Below, piece by piece: positions 10,111 through 19,496 of a DNA stretch of 64,000 nucleotides (position 1 is the first letter of the stretch; each line of letters begins with the position of its first letter). Source of the stretch: Candidatus Micrarchaeota archaeon (lineage in GTDB: Archaea > Micrarchaeota > Micrarchaeia > Norongarragalinales > Norongarragalinaceae); contig JBBIMI010000001.1 of NCBI GenBank assembly GCA_037444485.1, positions 15,526 to 79,525 on the forward strand, given 5' to 3'. The translations under genes and the position numbers were made by a program. Below the pieces are notes generated by a model. The model was not told the DNA's origin. It searched no databases and saw nothing but the letters and a program-made list of their open reading frames with translations.

Positions 10111-11163
10111 TTAAAGCACCTTGAAGTCGACTGCCACTTCAACTTCTCCAGGAGCGCTTTCAACAACCACGCGCTTGCCTAAAACGCGTAGCTTCACGCC
10201 TTGTTTCTCGCTTTCTTTTCGCAGGTTTTCAAGCACGTGTTTGAATGGTTTTTCTCCGCGTTTGACGCGCGTGAAAGCGTAGTAGTGGATTACGCAGTTT
10301 TTCGCCGCGTTTTTGAGGGCTAGGGGAAGGAATTCGGACGCGTTTTTCGGTAGAGGCATTATTATTCTGTTGAATTGTTTCGGGAATTTTTTTAATGCGT
10401 CGCGGGCGTCGCCGTGAATTATAGTGACGTTAGTCGCGTTGTTTAAGCGCGCGTTTTCTTTGAGTAAGCGTGCAGCGTGCGGGTTTAATTCAACTGCAGT
10501 CACGCGCGTGGTCGGAACGCGTTTAGCGATAAGTATTGCGTATGGCCCGACGCCTGCGAAGAGTACTAGAACCCGCTCGCCTGGCAGTACTTGCGCTGCT
10601 ATTCGCGCGCGTTCCGTGCTTAAGCGTGGTGAGAAGTAGTCTTTCCGTAAGTTGACTTTATACAAGCAACCGTGTTCTTTGTGGGTTGTCGAGAATTTGT
10701 GTTTGCCTGCAGCCCAAGCGAGTTGCATTACGCGGTAAACGCCTTTCCGCCCGCTTTTTTTTGTTAGGACTGTTGCGACGCGGGGGTTTGATTCGCGTAA
10801 CGCGCGCGCGATTACGCGGGCCTTGCGCGAGAGTTCGCGCGGGATTTGAATTACTGCGATGTCGCCGATTAAGTCGAAGGAACGCGTTGCTTTCTCTAAT
10901 TCGTTTTCTGAAAGCTTGCCTGCAAGCAGTTCCTTCAACGGTTTTACTTTTCCTTCCTCGACAAAGTTTTTTTTGACGAACTTGACGGGCGCGCGCAGCG
11001 CGACGCGTTTGGAAACCGGAAAGTAAACGAATTCCGCGTCGCGCGCTGGCTTTAAATCGCGGGCTAGAGCTTGCGCTGCAATCAATTGTTTTTTCACGAG
11101 TTCGGCTGCTTGCTTGCGTACTTTCGCCGCCAAATTTTTTCGTTTTCTTTGGTTTAAAACCAT
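10111..11163 (-). CDS. trm5: tRNA (guanine37-N1)-methyltransferase Trm5 (Met-10+ family).
   Basis: LVLFAGVGPYAILIAKR...VTAVELNP.A..LL.EN..LN...NVTIIHGDARD...FNRIIMPLP. Start chosen at the internal ATG (MVLNQRK) at 11163. The longer 407-aa ORF has a low-complexity N-terminus. Confidence 0.8.
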   Translation of the reverse strand: MVLNQRKRKNLAAKVRKQAAELVKKQLIAAQALARDLKPARDAEFVYFPVSKRVALRAPVKFVKKNFVEEGKVKPLKELLAGKLSENELEKATRSFDLIGDIAVIQIPRELSRKARVIARALRESNPRVATVLTKKSGRKGVYRVMQLAWAAGKHKFSTTHKEHGCLYKVNLRKDYFSPRLSTERARIAAQVLPGERVLVLFAGVGPYAILIAKRVPTTRVTAVELNPHAARLLKENARLNNATNVTIIHGDARDALKKFPKQFNRIIMPLPKNASEFLPLALKNAAKNCVIHYYAFTRVKRGEKPFKHVLENLRKESEKQGVKLRVLGKRVVVESAPGEVEVAVDFKVL

Positions 11164-11201
11164 TAAAAGAATTAATAACGTTAACTGCTTTAAACAATTG
11201 C

Positions 11202-11870
11202 GTGAAGAGGAAGAGAGTGAAGAACAAGAGTGCGCCGGTCGCGGTAGTCTTGAAGCGCTTGCGTTGGAAGTATGGTGGAAGACAGGCTTACAGCGGGTCC
11301 GCGAAAACAGTTTTTGAGTGTTTGATTGGAACAATGCTTTCGCACCGCACTAGAGACGAGCGAACCGCTCTTGCAGCTGAAAAGCTTTTCAAGAAGTTTG
11401 GTTCACCGGAAAAACTTGCGAAAGCGCGGGTTGCCGAAATAACGCGTTTAATCAAGCCAGTTGGTTTTTACCGCGTGAAAGCGAAACGCGTGAAGCAAGT
11501 CGCGAGAATACTAGTCGAAAAACATGGTGGGCGAGTGCCTGACTCTATGACTGAATTGCTTGCGTTGCCTGGCGTTGGACGCAAGACTGCTGGCTGCGTG
11601 CTTGTTTACGCTTTCAATAAACCAGCGCTGCCAGTCGACAGTCACGTTGCGGTCATCGCTAGAAGGCTTGGGTGGACTAAACAAAAAAATCCCGACAAAG
11701 TTGAACGCGATTTGACTGCATTAATTTCAAAGAAAGATTGGGTTGACGTCAACAACCTGTTCGTCCTGCACGGCCAGCAAACTTGTTTGACTGTAAAACC
11801 GCGTTGCCCGCAATGCGTTTTGAATGATGTTTGCCCAAGCGCGACGAAATACTACCCGAAAGAGAGTTGA
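11202..11870 (+). CDS. nth: Endonuclease III (HhH-GPD DNA glycosylase with a [4Fe-4S] cluster).
   Basis: HhH motif LPGVGRKTAGCVL. C-terminal C-x6-C-x2-C-x5-C (CLTVKPRCPQCVLNDVC). Confidence 0.85.
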   Translation: MKRKRVKNKSAPVAVVLKRLRWKYGGRQAYSGSAKTVFECLIGTMLSHRTRDERTALAAEKLFKKFGSPEKLAKARVAEITRLIKPVGFYRVKAKRVKQVARILVEKHGGRVPDSMTELLALPGVGRKTAGCVLVYAFNKPALPVDSHVAVIARRLGWTKQKNPDKVERDLTALISKKDWVDVNNLFVLHGQQTCLTVKPRCPQCVLNDVCPSATKYYPKES

Positions 11871-11911
11871 TTTGGTTGGCGGACTGGATTCAAGAATACT
11901 TCATAAACCCC

Positions 11912-12715
11912 ATGGCTTTTCCAGACAAGTATCCGCCCTACAATCCAGTGAACACGCTTACGTTCGCTGTTCTCGGACTCCTCGCGGCTTTCCTTATTTA
12001 CAAGGGATTAAAGAAGTATGGTGTGAAAATAGATTCAGCTTTTTTTTACTCGATCCTGCCGTTCGTCGCGCTTGGAAGCATTCTGCGCGTCGCAGTAGAC
12101 GCGAACGCGTTGCCGCGCGCTGTAAGCGTTTTCGGCGAAACGTTTTACCCACTAATAACGCCAGCCGTGTACGTCATCACTTTCCTCGCGACTATCGCTT
12201 GCCTGTCAATCGCGCGAATTACTGCGAAAAAAAAAGACGAAAAATTTAATGCAATCACGCTGCGTTTGGGAACCGCGCTTGCAATCCTTGCTTTCCTGCT
12301 CTTAACACCCTTCATTTTCAAGCAATCGTTCGCCGAACGCTTGATGGTCATCGTGTTGCTCGCGCTCGCTTCACTCGCGTTCTTTCTCGCCTTGAGGCGG
12401 GCGCGCAAACTCGCAAGCGAAGGAGTAGAGAAAGCCACTGTTTTCGCGCAGTCGCTTGATGGAGCTGCAACGTTCGCTGGAGTCGGATTCTTTAATTACG
12501 GCGAGCAACACGTAGTCGGCAACTTCATTATTGACGCGTTAGGTGGACCGCCAGCGTTTTACGTAATCAAAACTCTTTTCGCGATTCTAGTCGTTGAAGT
12601 CCTGCGGCGCGAGAAGGTTGACGCGCAATTAAAAACCTACTTGCTGTTGTTAATAACGATTTTCGGCCTCGCGCCTGGCCTGCGCGACGCGCTGAGAATC
12701 TTTCTGGGAGTGTGA
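11912..12715 (+). CDS. Polytopic integral membrane protein, archaeal DUF63-like.
   Basis: About 7 predicted TM helices. ATG at 11912 (MAFPDKYPPYNP). The ORF can be extended to the TTG at 11831, which would overlap the nth 3' end. Confidence 0.55.
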   Translation: MAFPDKYPPYNPVNTLTFAVLGLLAAFLIYKGLKKYGVKIDSAFFYSILPFVALGSILRVAVDANALPRAVSVFGETFYPLITPAVYVITFLATIACLSIARITAKKKDEKFNAITLRLGTALAILAFLLLTPFIFKQSFAERLMVIVLLALASLAFFLALRRARKLASEGVEKATVFAQSLDGAATFAGVGFFNYGEQHVVGNFIIDALGGPPAFYVIKTLFAILVVEVLRREKVDAQLKTYLLLLITIFGLAPGLRDALRIFLGV

Positions 12716-12719
12716 TGAA

Positions 12720-13301
12720 TTGAGCGGAAAGGAAAACGATTTACTGAAGTTTTTGTACGAAGTCAACCAGGCGAAAATTATCAAGCACTGCGGTTACTGG
12801 GTTGCCAAAGTCAAGGACCCGGAGAGCGTTGCTGAACACAGTTACTCTGCGGCGGTAATCGCATTAATACTAGCAAAGCTCGAAAAGAAAAGCAATCCAG
12901 AAGATTATGCTGTCGCCGCCTTGTTTCACGACTTGCATGAAACTAGGTTGCTTGACAGGCACAAGATAAGCACCAGATACTTGAAAACCCCGCGCGAAGT
13001 AGAAGAACAAGTAAAGCGCGACCAAAGCACTCTACTCCCAAAATCAGTGAATAAAGAGCTTTACGACAAGTTTAAAAACCTAGATTACGCGATTCTTAAA
13101 GACGCTGATTACTTGGAAATGGCTTTGCAGGCGCGCGAATACTACGACACCGGCTATAAAGGCGCTTGGGACTGGATTATTCGAGTCGAAAAAGTACTGA
13201 AAACCAAAACCGCGCGTGCTTTACTAAAAAAAATCAAGACGACTGACTCCAACGTCTGGTGGCGCGGTTTGAAAGAAGACGTCAAAAACTTGAAGTATTA
13301 A
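12720..13301 (+). CDS. HD-domain phosphohydrolase, YfbR-like 5'-deoxynucleotidase family.
   Basis: ESVAEHS...AALFHDLHE motifs (H..H/HD). TTG start. Confidence 0.65.
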   Translation: MSGKENDLLKFLYEVNQAKIIKHCGYWVAKVKDPESVAEHSYSAAVIALILAKLEKKSNPEDYAVAALFHDLHETRLLDRHKISTRYLKTPREVEEQVKRDQSTLLPKSVNKELYDKFKNLDYAILKDADYLEMALQAREYYDTGYKGAWDWIIRVEKVLKTKTARALLKKIKTTDSNVWWRGLKEDVKNLKY

Positions 13302-13315
13302 CCAATTGATGATGA

Positions 13316-13834
13316 ATGAAGAAGAGGGTTTTGCTCGTAATCGCCCAACAAGGGTTTCAAGACTACGAGTACAACGAACCAAAAAAAATACTTGAAAACG
13401 CGGGCATTGAAACCAAGACAGCCAGCAAAACAACTAGCGAAGCCTTCGGCAAACTAGGCGCACGCGTCAAGCCAGACCTCGCGCTCGCGCGAGCCCACGC
13501 AAGCGACTACGACGCTATCATATTCGTCGGCGGGCCAGGCGCAGCAGCGTACTTCGACGACGAGCAAGCGCTAGCACTTGCGCACGATTTCGAGAAAGCT
13601 GGAAAAATAGTTGCAGCCATCTGCATCGCGCCAGTCATTCTCGCAAACGCAGGCATCCTGCGCGGAAAACACGCTACTGTCTGGCCAAGCGAAGGCGCGA
13701 ACCTGCGCGAGAAAGGCGCGAATTACGCGAATGAAGACGTAGTTCGAGACAAGCGAATCATCACAGCAAGCGGCCCGCAGGCAGCGCGAAAATTCGGTGA
13801 AACGATTTTGAAAGCGTTAAAGGAAAAAGCTTGA
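13316..13834 (+). CDS. DJ-1/PfpI family protein (class I glutamine amidotransferase-like).
   Basis: IIFVGGPGA, AAICIAPVILANAGIL nucleophile-elbow Cys, RIITASGPQAA. Confidence 0.8.
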   Translation: MKKRVLLVIAQQGFQDYEYNEPKKILENAGIETKTASKTTSEAFGKLGARVKPDLALARAHASDYDAIIFVGGPGAAAYFDDEQALALAHDFEKAGKIVAAICIAPVILANAGILRGKHATVWPSEGANLREKGANYANEDVVRDKRIITASGPQAARKFGETILKALKEKA

Positions 13835-13836
13835 AT

Positions 13837-14820
13837 TCACCGCAAGCGAATAAAACGGTTTACTTCAACCTTCCTGTCGCGGCACAGTAGTGCCACGCGC
13901 GACTCAGGCTGCTCGTCACACAATTCGAAACCAGTTTCCGCAGCCAACTCGCGCGAGAAATCCAGTATTTCAGCGTGCGTGGGCATGTGCGCTTGAGTCA
14001 AACGCAGCACTGAACCCCCAACATTCATGAATGCTTTCGGCTCCACAAACCACGGTTTCGCGCGCTCCACGAGCCGCGCATACTCACGCGCGTGACTAAA
14101 GTTCAGTTCCCGCACTAGCGTCAAACGCATTACGGTCCGCGTTTTCCTGCCAAGTTCAGGAAGCAACTCGAGAGTTTCACCCAATTTTTTCCACGCGTTC
14201 CCCTCGATTGGCGCGAGCGTGCGCTTGCAACTCGCCTCGTCGAAAGCGCACGTGGAAACATACAATTGCGTCGGCAACGCGCGTTCACCCTCCAAACGCT
14301 CAAGCATTTCGGGCCGCGTGCCGTTCGTAACCAGAAACGTCGTAAAACCACGCTTGCGGAATTCCTTAATCAATTCAGGCAATTCTTCGTACAACGTCGG
14401 CTCGCCATCCAAACTAATAGCCGCGTGCTTCGGGTCTTGAGCCTCAACCCAAAGTTTCTTGACCGTCTTCAAATTCCCGGGAAACCCATTCAACAACTTC
14501 CGCTGGCCAACAATCGCGCCCTCAATCAACCCACTCGGTTCGTCGACTCCACCAACCCACGCGGGTTTAAACAAGCGCGAATCCCGCCAGCAGAAAGCGC
14601 AGCGTTGAGTGCAGAAAGGCAACGCTGGCGTGAATTGCAAGCAGCGATGCGAGTGGATGCCGTAAAACTTTTGCTTGTAACAAGAGCCTTCCCCGCGCAA
14701 CGCTCGCTTCGTCCACAAACAAATTTTGACTGCGGAATGCTTTCGCTCGCCCACTAGAATGTACCCGGCTTTGCGAAGCCGCGATTGTTCCTCAACACTC
14801 AAAACGCTTTGAATTGACAT
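13837..14820 (-). CDS. taw1: tRNA 4-demethylwyosine synthase TYW1/Taw1 (radical SAM).
   Basis: CYKQKFYGIHSHRCLQ together with the CTQRCAFC radical-SAM cysteine triad. Start at ATG 14820 (MSIQSV). Confidence 0.8.
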   Translation of the reverse strand: MSIQSVLSVEEQSRLRKAGYILVGERKHSAVKICLWTKRALRGEGSCYKQKFYGIHSHRCLQFTPALPFCTQRCAFCWRDSRLFKPAWVGGVDEPSGLIEGAIVGQRKLLNGFPGNLKTVKKLWVEAQDPKHAAISLDGEPTLYEELPELIKEFRKRGFTTFLVTNGTRPEMLERLEGERALPTQLYVSTCAFDEASCKRTLAPIEGNAWKKLGETLELLPELGRKTRTVMRLTLVRELNFSHAREYARLVERAKPWFVEPKAFMNVGGSVLRLTQAHMPTHAEILDFSRELAAETGFELCDEQPESRVALLCRDRKVEVNRFIRLR

Positions 14821-14865
14821 GAAAAATATTTGGGGAAACAAGTATTTCAATTTTTTTTAACGCCT

Positions 14866-15330
14866 TCAACGCTTGAGCAAGTGCCGCACGCGCGGAAAAA
14901 TGAAGCCCGTGCGGTTACAGTAGTCTTCGAAAAGCGTGTTGAAGTGCTTCGCAAGCACTTTTTCTTCCTCCCACGCGCGCCAAACATGGCCTGGAATCGC
15001 GATTGCGAGCCAAGCCAGCAAGCCTGCAAACGACTCGAGAGCTATGTTTAAACCAAAAAGCGCGAGCAACGCGCCCGCGTAAATAGGGTGCCGCACGAAC
15101 GCGTAAGGACCACTCATCACTAAAACGTGATTGCTTTGAACGCGCGGCGCGAGGGAATACTGTCTTCCAAGCCATTGCTTAGACCAAAATATTACGAAGA
15201 CGCCTGCGAAAAACAGCGTCAAGCCGACAACGCTAACCAAACTCGTGCTCAAAGGCCTGGTTGCGAAAGCTACGGTAACTCCTACCACGAACACGTCTAG
15301 AATCCAAGGCAACGCGTGAATGAAACGCAT
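14866..15330 (-). CDS. Membrane methyltransferase of the isoprenylcysteine carboxyl methyltransferase / phospholipid methyltransferase family.
   Basis: LVMSGPYAFVRHPIYAGALL plus C-terminal EE..L...F motif. Multiple TM helices. Start is ambiguous: ATG at 15330 or 15396. Confidence 0.6.
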   Translation of the reverse strand: MRFIHALPWILDVFVVGVTVAFATRPLSTSLVSVVGLTLFFAGVFVIFWSKQWLGRQYSLAPRVQSNHVLVMSGPYAFVRHPIYAGALLALFGLNIALESFAGLLAWLAIAIPGHVWRAWEEEKVLAKHFNTLFEDYCNRTGFIFPRVRHLLKR

Positions 15331-15401
15331 AACCGAAAACCGTTTCCCGACGTTAAAGCGAAAAAAAGTTTTTAATTGAAAGCCGTTTAAAAACATTTTC
15401 T

Positions 15402-15974
15402 ATGAAACGAAAACCATTGCACGCGTTCGGAATAGCGTTAATCCTGCTGGCTTCATTGATCTTGTTTGGGTGCGCAGCGCAGCAGCCGCAGCAACAACCG
15501 CAAGCAACACAGCAGCCTACACTCCAACAAACCATTCAACCAACACTGTTTCTGACGCCAACGCCGGCTGCTTCACAAACATTGAAAGCAAGCGCGATTC
15601 CGCCGCCAACAACAAGCCCCACGCCAACAACAAGCCCCACGCCGACAGCAACGCGGCAAGTGTTGGCAGCAAGCATAACCGCGCCAGCTGAAGTTGAACC
15701 AAACAAAGAATATCCAGTAACGCTTTACATCGAATCCCAGATTCAAAACGCTTCCAGTTACGTGAACGAAGTAATACTGTTCGACAACAGCATGGAAACC
15801 TACAAGAAAACTTACAACAACGTCAACTACGTCCGCGCTCCGCGCTGGAGCTTGAACATCAAAATGATTTTCACCGTAGACACGATGCTTGAACTCCGCG
15901 TCAAGAAGACTACAGGCGAAACAGCTACTGCATTCAAAACAGTTTCAGTAAACGCGCCTCCACTGGAACGCTAG
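15402..15974 (+). CDS. Putative lipoprotein with a signal peptide, an LFGC lipobox-like cysteine and a Gln/Pro/Thr-rich linker.
   Basis: MKRKPLHAFGIALILLASLILFGCAAQQPQQQ, then TSPTPTTSPTPT tandem repeats, then a globular C-terminus. Confidence 0.5.
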   Translation: MKRKPLHAFGIALILLASLILFGCAAQQPQQQPQATQQPTLQQTIQPTLFLTPTPAASQTLKASAIPPPTTSPTPTTSPTPTATRQVLAASITAPAEVEPNKEYPVTLYIESQIQNASSYVNEVILFDNSMETYKKTYNNVNYVRAPRWSLNIKMIFTVDTMLELRVKKTTGETATAFKTVSVNAPPLER

Positions 15975-15997
15975 AACGCTAAACGACGAAAACGAAG

Positions 15998-16459
15998 TCA
16001 ACGCTTTTTCAAAACACGCAGCAATTCAGCCGCGTTGCTGGTGGAAACCACGAAATCCCGTCCACGCTTCAACTTCAAGCGAACTCCGCCGCCAAAACGC
16101 GTGCAGTACGCGGTGCTACCATCAAAACCCCACCTTATTCCTAAACCCCAGTAGTTCGGAAACTTGATTTCGCACGCGCTTGCATCAACGATTTCCTTTA
16201 AAGGAATCCTGCGCGCAAGCAGCCCGTAACGCGCTTCAAAAAACTCTCGCGTTACTCGAATACGCAAGCACCAAAAGTTTAACGACACTATAACCAGGAA
16301 AACGAGGATTGCTATAGGCAGCCAGTAAAACGCGTTGCCGATACGCTTTGCGCTTGGCGGAAGCAAAACCAACTGCATCGCGAGAACTAAAGCAGCTGTT
16401 AAGAAAATGAATGGCGCTGCATGAAAAAATTGTTTTTCCTCAAAAACGATTTTCTCCAA
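15998..16459 (-). CDS. Hypothetical membrane protein.
   Basis: 153-aa ORF with two TM helices. No assignable motif. Confidence 0.4.
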   Translation of the reverse strand: MEKIVFEEKQFFHAAPFIFLTAALVLAMQLVLLPPSAKRIGNAFYWLPIAILVFLVIVSLNFWCLRIRVTREFFEARYGLLARRIPLKEIVDASACEIKFPNYWGLGIRWGFDGSTAYCTRFGGGVRLKLKRGRDFVVSTSNAAELLRVLKKR

Positions 16460-17134
16460 AAAAAATCACCCTCAAAATTTAAAGCATCAAAAAAACAAAA
16501 TCTAAAGAATTTTAAGGATTAATGATTTAAAACCAAACGGCGTGAATAAAAAAACGTTTTCGCGTTACTAGCAGTAATCGCCGCAACAACTGTTCTAACT
16601 GCTTGCGTTCCCTTAAGCCCTGAAAACCGCGAAAAAAATTGGTAACGACGCTTGCAACGCCAGCCAAGTTTTCAAACCAGCCAAAAAAAAACCATCGCTT
16701 AAACCCTCGCCAATCAAACGCTTTACACGACCGCGAGAACGCGCCGAAAACGATTCCTGTTCGCGCGAGTGCTCCTGCGCGCTTAAAGCAACTGCGAGGC
16801 ACTGAAGCAACCGCGCATCAAGCGCGTCGCTCGGTTGCGCTGCAGCCGACTTCAAGCAATACATTACTTCAACGATTGCTTCAACGCCGAAATAATGCGT
16901 AAAGAATTCGGTTACACGACTCGAAAGCAGTTTAAATCCAGGATTATTGGAGTTTTACTAAGAGTTTTACTGCAATGGAAGATTAAAAAATATTCCAGCC
17001 AAAAATTCCAGTCAAAAATCAGTGCTTTTAAAAAGTAAGACCTACAACGCGGTAGTACTCCTCTTCAAACTTTTACGAGTTTGAGAGCAACTAGAAACCC
17101 CTGCAGAAATTAAAAATACTGAAATTAAAGAGAG

Positions 17135-17650
17135 GTGAAAAACAAAACGATTCTTGCAAAGCACGAAATCCTCGAGCGCATAGTGCGCGACAAGCTCGTC
17201 GAAGGATTCGTTGACTTGAAGCGCCAGCTTCAGCCGGCAAGCATGGACTTAACCCTAGAAAGCGTTCACGCGCTCGAAGAAAAAGGCGCGCTTGACTTCG
17301 ACAACACGCAGCGCGTAATTCCAAAAACCCGCGAGTTAAAGTTTAACGCGGACAATTGGCTCGACCTCGCGCCAGACACTTACAAAATCCGCTTCAAGGA
17401 AACAATTCGTTTGCCGGACGACTTGAGTGCAATAACCTTATCCCGTTCTTCACTCGCCCGCTGTGGCGCGTTAACGCACGCAGGCTGGTGGGACCCAGGC
17501 TACTGCGGACGCGGAGAAGCATTGCTTTCAGTCGGCGGTAAAGGCCTGCGCTTGAAGAAAAATGCGCGCGTGACGCAAGTTATTTTCTTAAAGTTGAACG
17601 ACAAAGCACGCGAATTATACTCAGGAATACATAATAAAGAAAACATTTAA
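17135..17650 (+). CDS. dcd: dCTP deaminase / dUTPase-fold family protein.
   Basis: QPASMDLTL motif and length typical of archaeal dCTP deaminase. Confidence 0.7.
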   Translation: MKNKTILAKHEILERIVRDKLVEGFVDLKRQLQPASMDLTLESVHALEEKGALDFDNTQRVIPKTRELKFNADNWLDLAPDTYKIRFKETIRLPDDLSAITLSRSSLARCGALTHAGWWDPGYCGRGEALLSVGGKGLRLKKNARVTQVIFLKLNDKARELYSGIHNKENI

Positions 17651-17664
17651 TGACGGTGTTTTAG

Positions 17665-18113
17665 TTGATTGGAAAACGCAAGCTTGAAACCGAATGCAAG
17701 CTTCAAAAAGTGCGTGATACAGTAAAAAAACTTGCAGCGATTTGGATTGATATTACCACATTGTTCAGTAGCAAAATACGCGAAAAAACTCGTGAAAGTC
17801 AAAGGTTTTGACGAGGAACTCGCAGAATTAGGCGGCTTGCTGCACGACATCAGCAGAATCAACTTTGAAACAAGAGAAAACCACGCGGGGTACAGGCATT
17901 CTAGACGCCGAGAAAATCCTTAAAGAACTGAATTACCCGCAAGAAGTAATCGATGAAGTCAAACACTGCATCGAATCGCACAACGAAAGCAAAAACAGTC
18001 GAGCCCAAGACTGCAATCGCAAAGATAGTCGCAAACGCGGATGCGATTACTCGCTTCGACGCTATTCCGATACTAATCCAACTCGGTTTGAAGCTAGAAC
18101 AACGATGTTACTA
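17665..18113 (+). pseudogene. HD(HDIG)-domain phosphohydrolase gene disrupted by three +1 frameshifts.
   Basis: One HD protein is split over frames 1, 2, 0 and 1. The pieces are N-terminus LIGKRKLETECKLQKVRDTVKKLA, then ILPHCSVAKYAKK..LGGLLHDISR, then AEKILKELNYPQEVIDEVKHCIESHN, then KTAIAKIVANADAITRFDAIP. The shifts fall at A7, G4 and A5 homopolymers. Confidence 0.5.
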
Positions 18114-18552
18114 AAGCAGTTGCATGGACTTAAAGCAAACTAAACTAAAACTACGACTTTAAAAGAAGAAGATGAAGAACTTAAGAAAAAAGAAAAAAAG
18201 AAAACAAAAAAAAGAATTAAAAAGAAAACAAAAAATAATCAGGGAATTACTAGGGAGAACTGGAAGAGCTTGAGGAAGAACAGGAAAAAACAATTAAAGA
18301 AAAAGAAACGTTGAACGCGCTAAGCGCGTACGAAGATGGTTTTAAAGTGGCTAGCGTTGACTTTCTGTTCGCAATCGACGACGTGATTATGGTAGTGGGC
18401 TTAATCCTGATTTTGTTTACTGGCGAACTAGTGTGGGGCGGACTGCTGTTCATCACTGGACTCGTCACACACTTATCAGGATTCTGAAACCAGCAGTTCA
18501 CTGGCATGGCGGCCTGCTCAAGTTTTTATTTCAGTCTACGCAATTTATTTGC

Positions 18553-19257
18553 ATGCTAGACTTTAATGCACTTATCGACAAGTACTTGTACCGCGAGCAC
18601 AAACCCAAACAAATAGGGCGTTACTACCCAAGCGAAGTCGGAAACTGTATCCGCAAAACATGGTTTTCGTATAAATACCCGCAAGAGTTCGACGTAAACA
18701 AGTTACGCGTCTTCGAAATGGGCAACATCTTGCACGAGTACGTAATCAAAGTCTTTAAAAGCGAAAAAACGCCTGAAGTAAAACTCTTAAAAACAGAATT
18801 CCCCTTCCAACTTCCAGTAGACGATTTTACTATCAGTGGACGCGTTGACGACTTGCTTCTGCTTACAATAGAAAACAAGGAACTCTTGGTTGAAGTAAAA
18901 TCAACTAGCAGCATCGGCTGGATGAATAAACCCCAACCCAACCACGTAATGCAACTGCAATTCTACATGCACGCGACTGGGGTGCACGACGGCGCGTTGT
19001 TGTACATCGAAAAAAACACGCTTCAAGCCAAAGTCTTTAACGTGCCTTTCACGCAGAACGCTGCAGACGAAGCTTACGCCCGCTTTAAAGCGTTGCACGC
19101 ATTCTTAAAGCACGATGAACTCCCGCCTGCGGAAGCCAAACTAGAGAAAGAAATCAACTGGTTCTGTAAGTACTGCGAGTACAAGCCAAAGTGTGACGCG
19201 GCCGGACTCGCGCAAACAGAACACGAGAAAGTCAAGCCGAGATGGACTAAAGCTTAA
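18553..19257 (+). CDS. cas4: Cas4-family PD-(D/E)XK exonuclease (RecB-like nuclease with a 4-Cys cluster), solo.
   Basis: N-terminal GNCIRK Cys, D...EVK and QLQFY nuclease motifs, and C-terminal C-x2-C-x5-C (FCKYCEYKPKC). No other cas genes or CRISPR repeats in the window. Confidence 0.65.
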   Translation: MLDFNALIDKYLYREHKPKQIGRYYPSEVGNCIRKTWFSYKYPQEFDVNKLRVFEMGNILHEYVIKVFKSEKTPEVKLLKTEFPFQLPVDDFTISGRVDDLLLLTIENKELLVEVKSTSSIGWMNKPQPNHVMQLQFYMHATGVHDGALLYIEKNTLQAKVFNVPFTQNAADEAYARFKALHAFLKHDELPPAEAKLEKEINWFCKYCEYKPKCDAAGLAQTEHEKVKPRWTKA

Positions 19258-19496
19258 AACCAATAACAACTACAACAAACCAACACAAACACAACTGGTT
19301 TCAATCAACTAAAACCAGCTGAAAACAAGGTAACGAGAAATAGAAATAGAATAACAGGCGCGAAACGTAGGCACGAAAAGGTGTTACCGAAACGCATACT
19401 TTGCATTACTTTGTAAAACAAATTACTTTGTAAAACAATTTTGAATCGCGTTGCTTGATTTATTTGGTATTAACTTGAATGCGTTTGACTCCACTA

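Noticed and set aside
10658-11227. 189-aa Arg-rich minus-strand ORF and 96-aa plus-strand ORF overlapping trm5
   Set aside because: These are alternative frames of the Trm5 gene. The Arg-rich composition is typical of out-of-frame reading of GC-rich codons. The Trm5 frame carries the conserved motifs.
11824-12249. 141-aa Arg-rich + ORF overlapping the DUF63 membrane protein
   Set aside because: It is an out-of-frame shadow. The DUF63 frame gives seven coherent TM helices.
14266-14757. 163-aa + ORF antisense to TYW1
   Set aside because: It is a shadow ORF. The minus frame carries the radical-SAM and TYW1 signatures.
18250-18507. 85-aa minus-strand ORF rich in Ser/Thr/Pro
   Set aside because: It lies antisense to a purine-rich low-complexity tract and to the small TM ORF, and has no start context. 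It is a shadow ORF.
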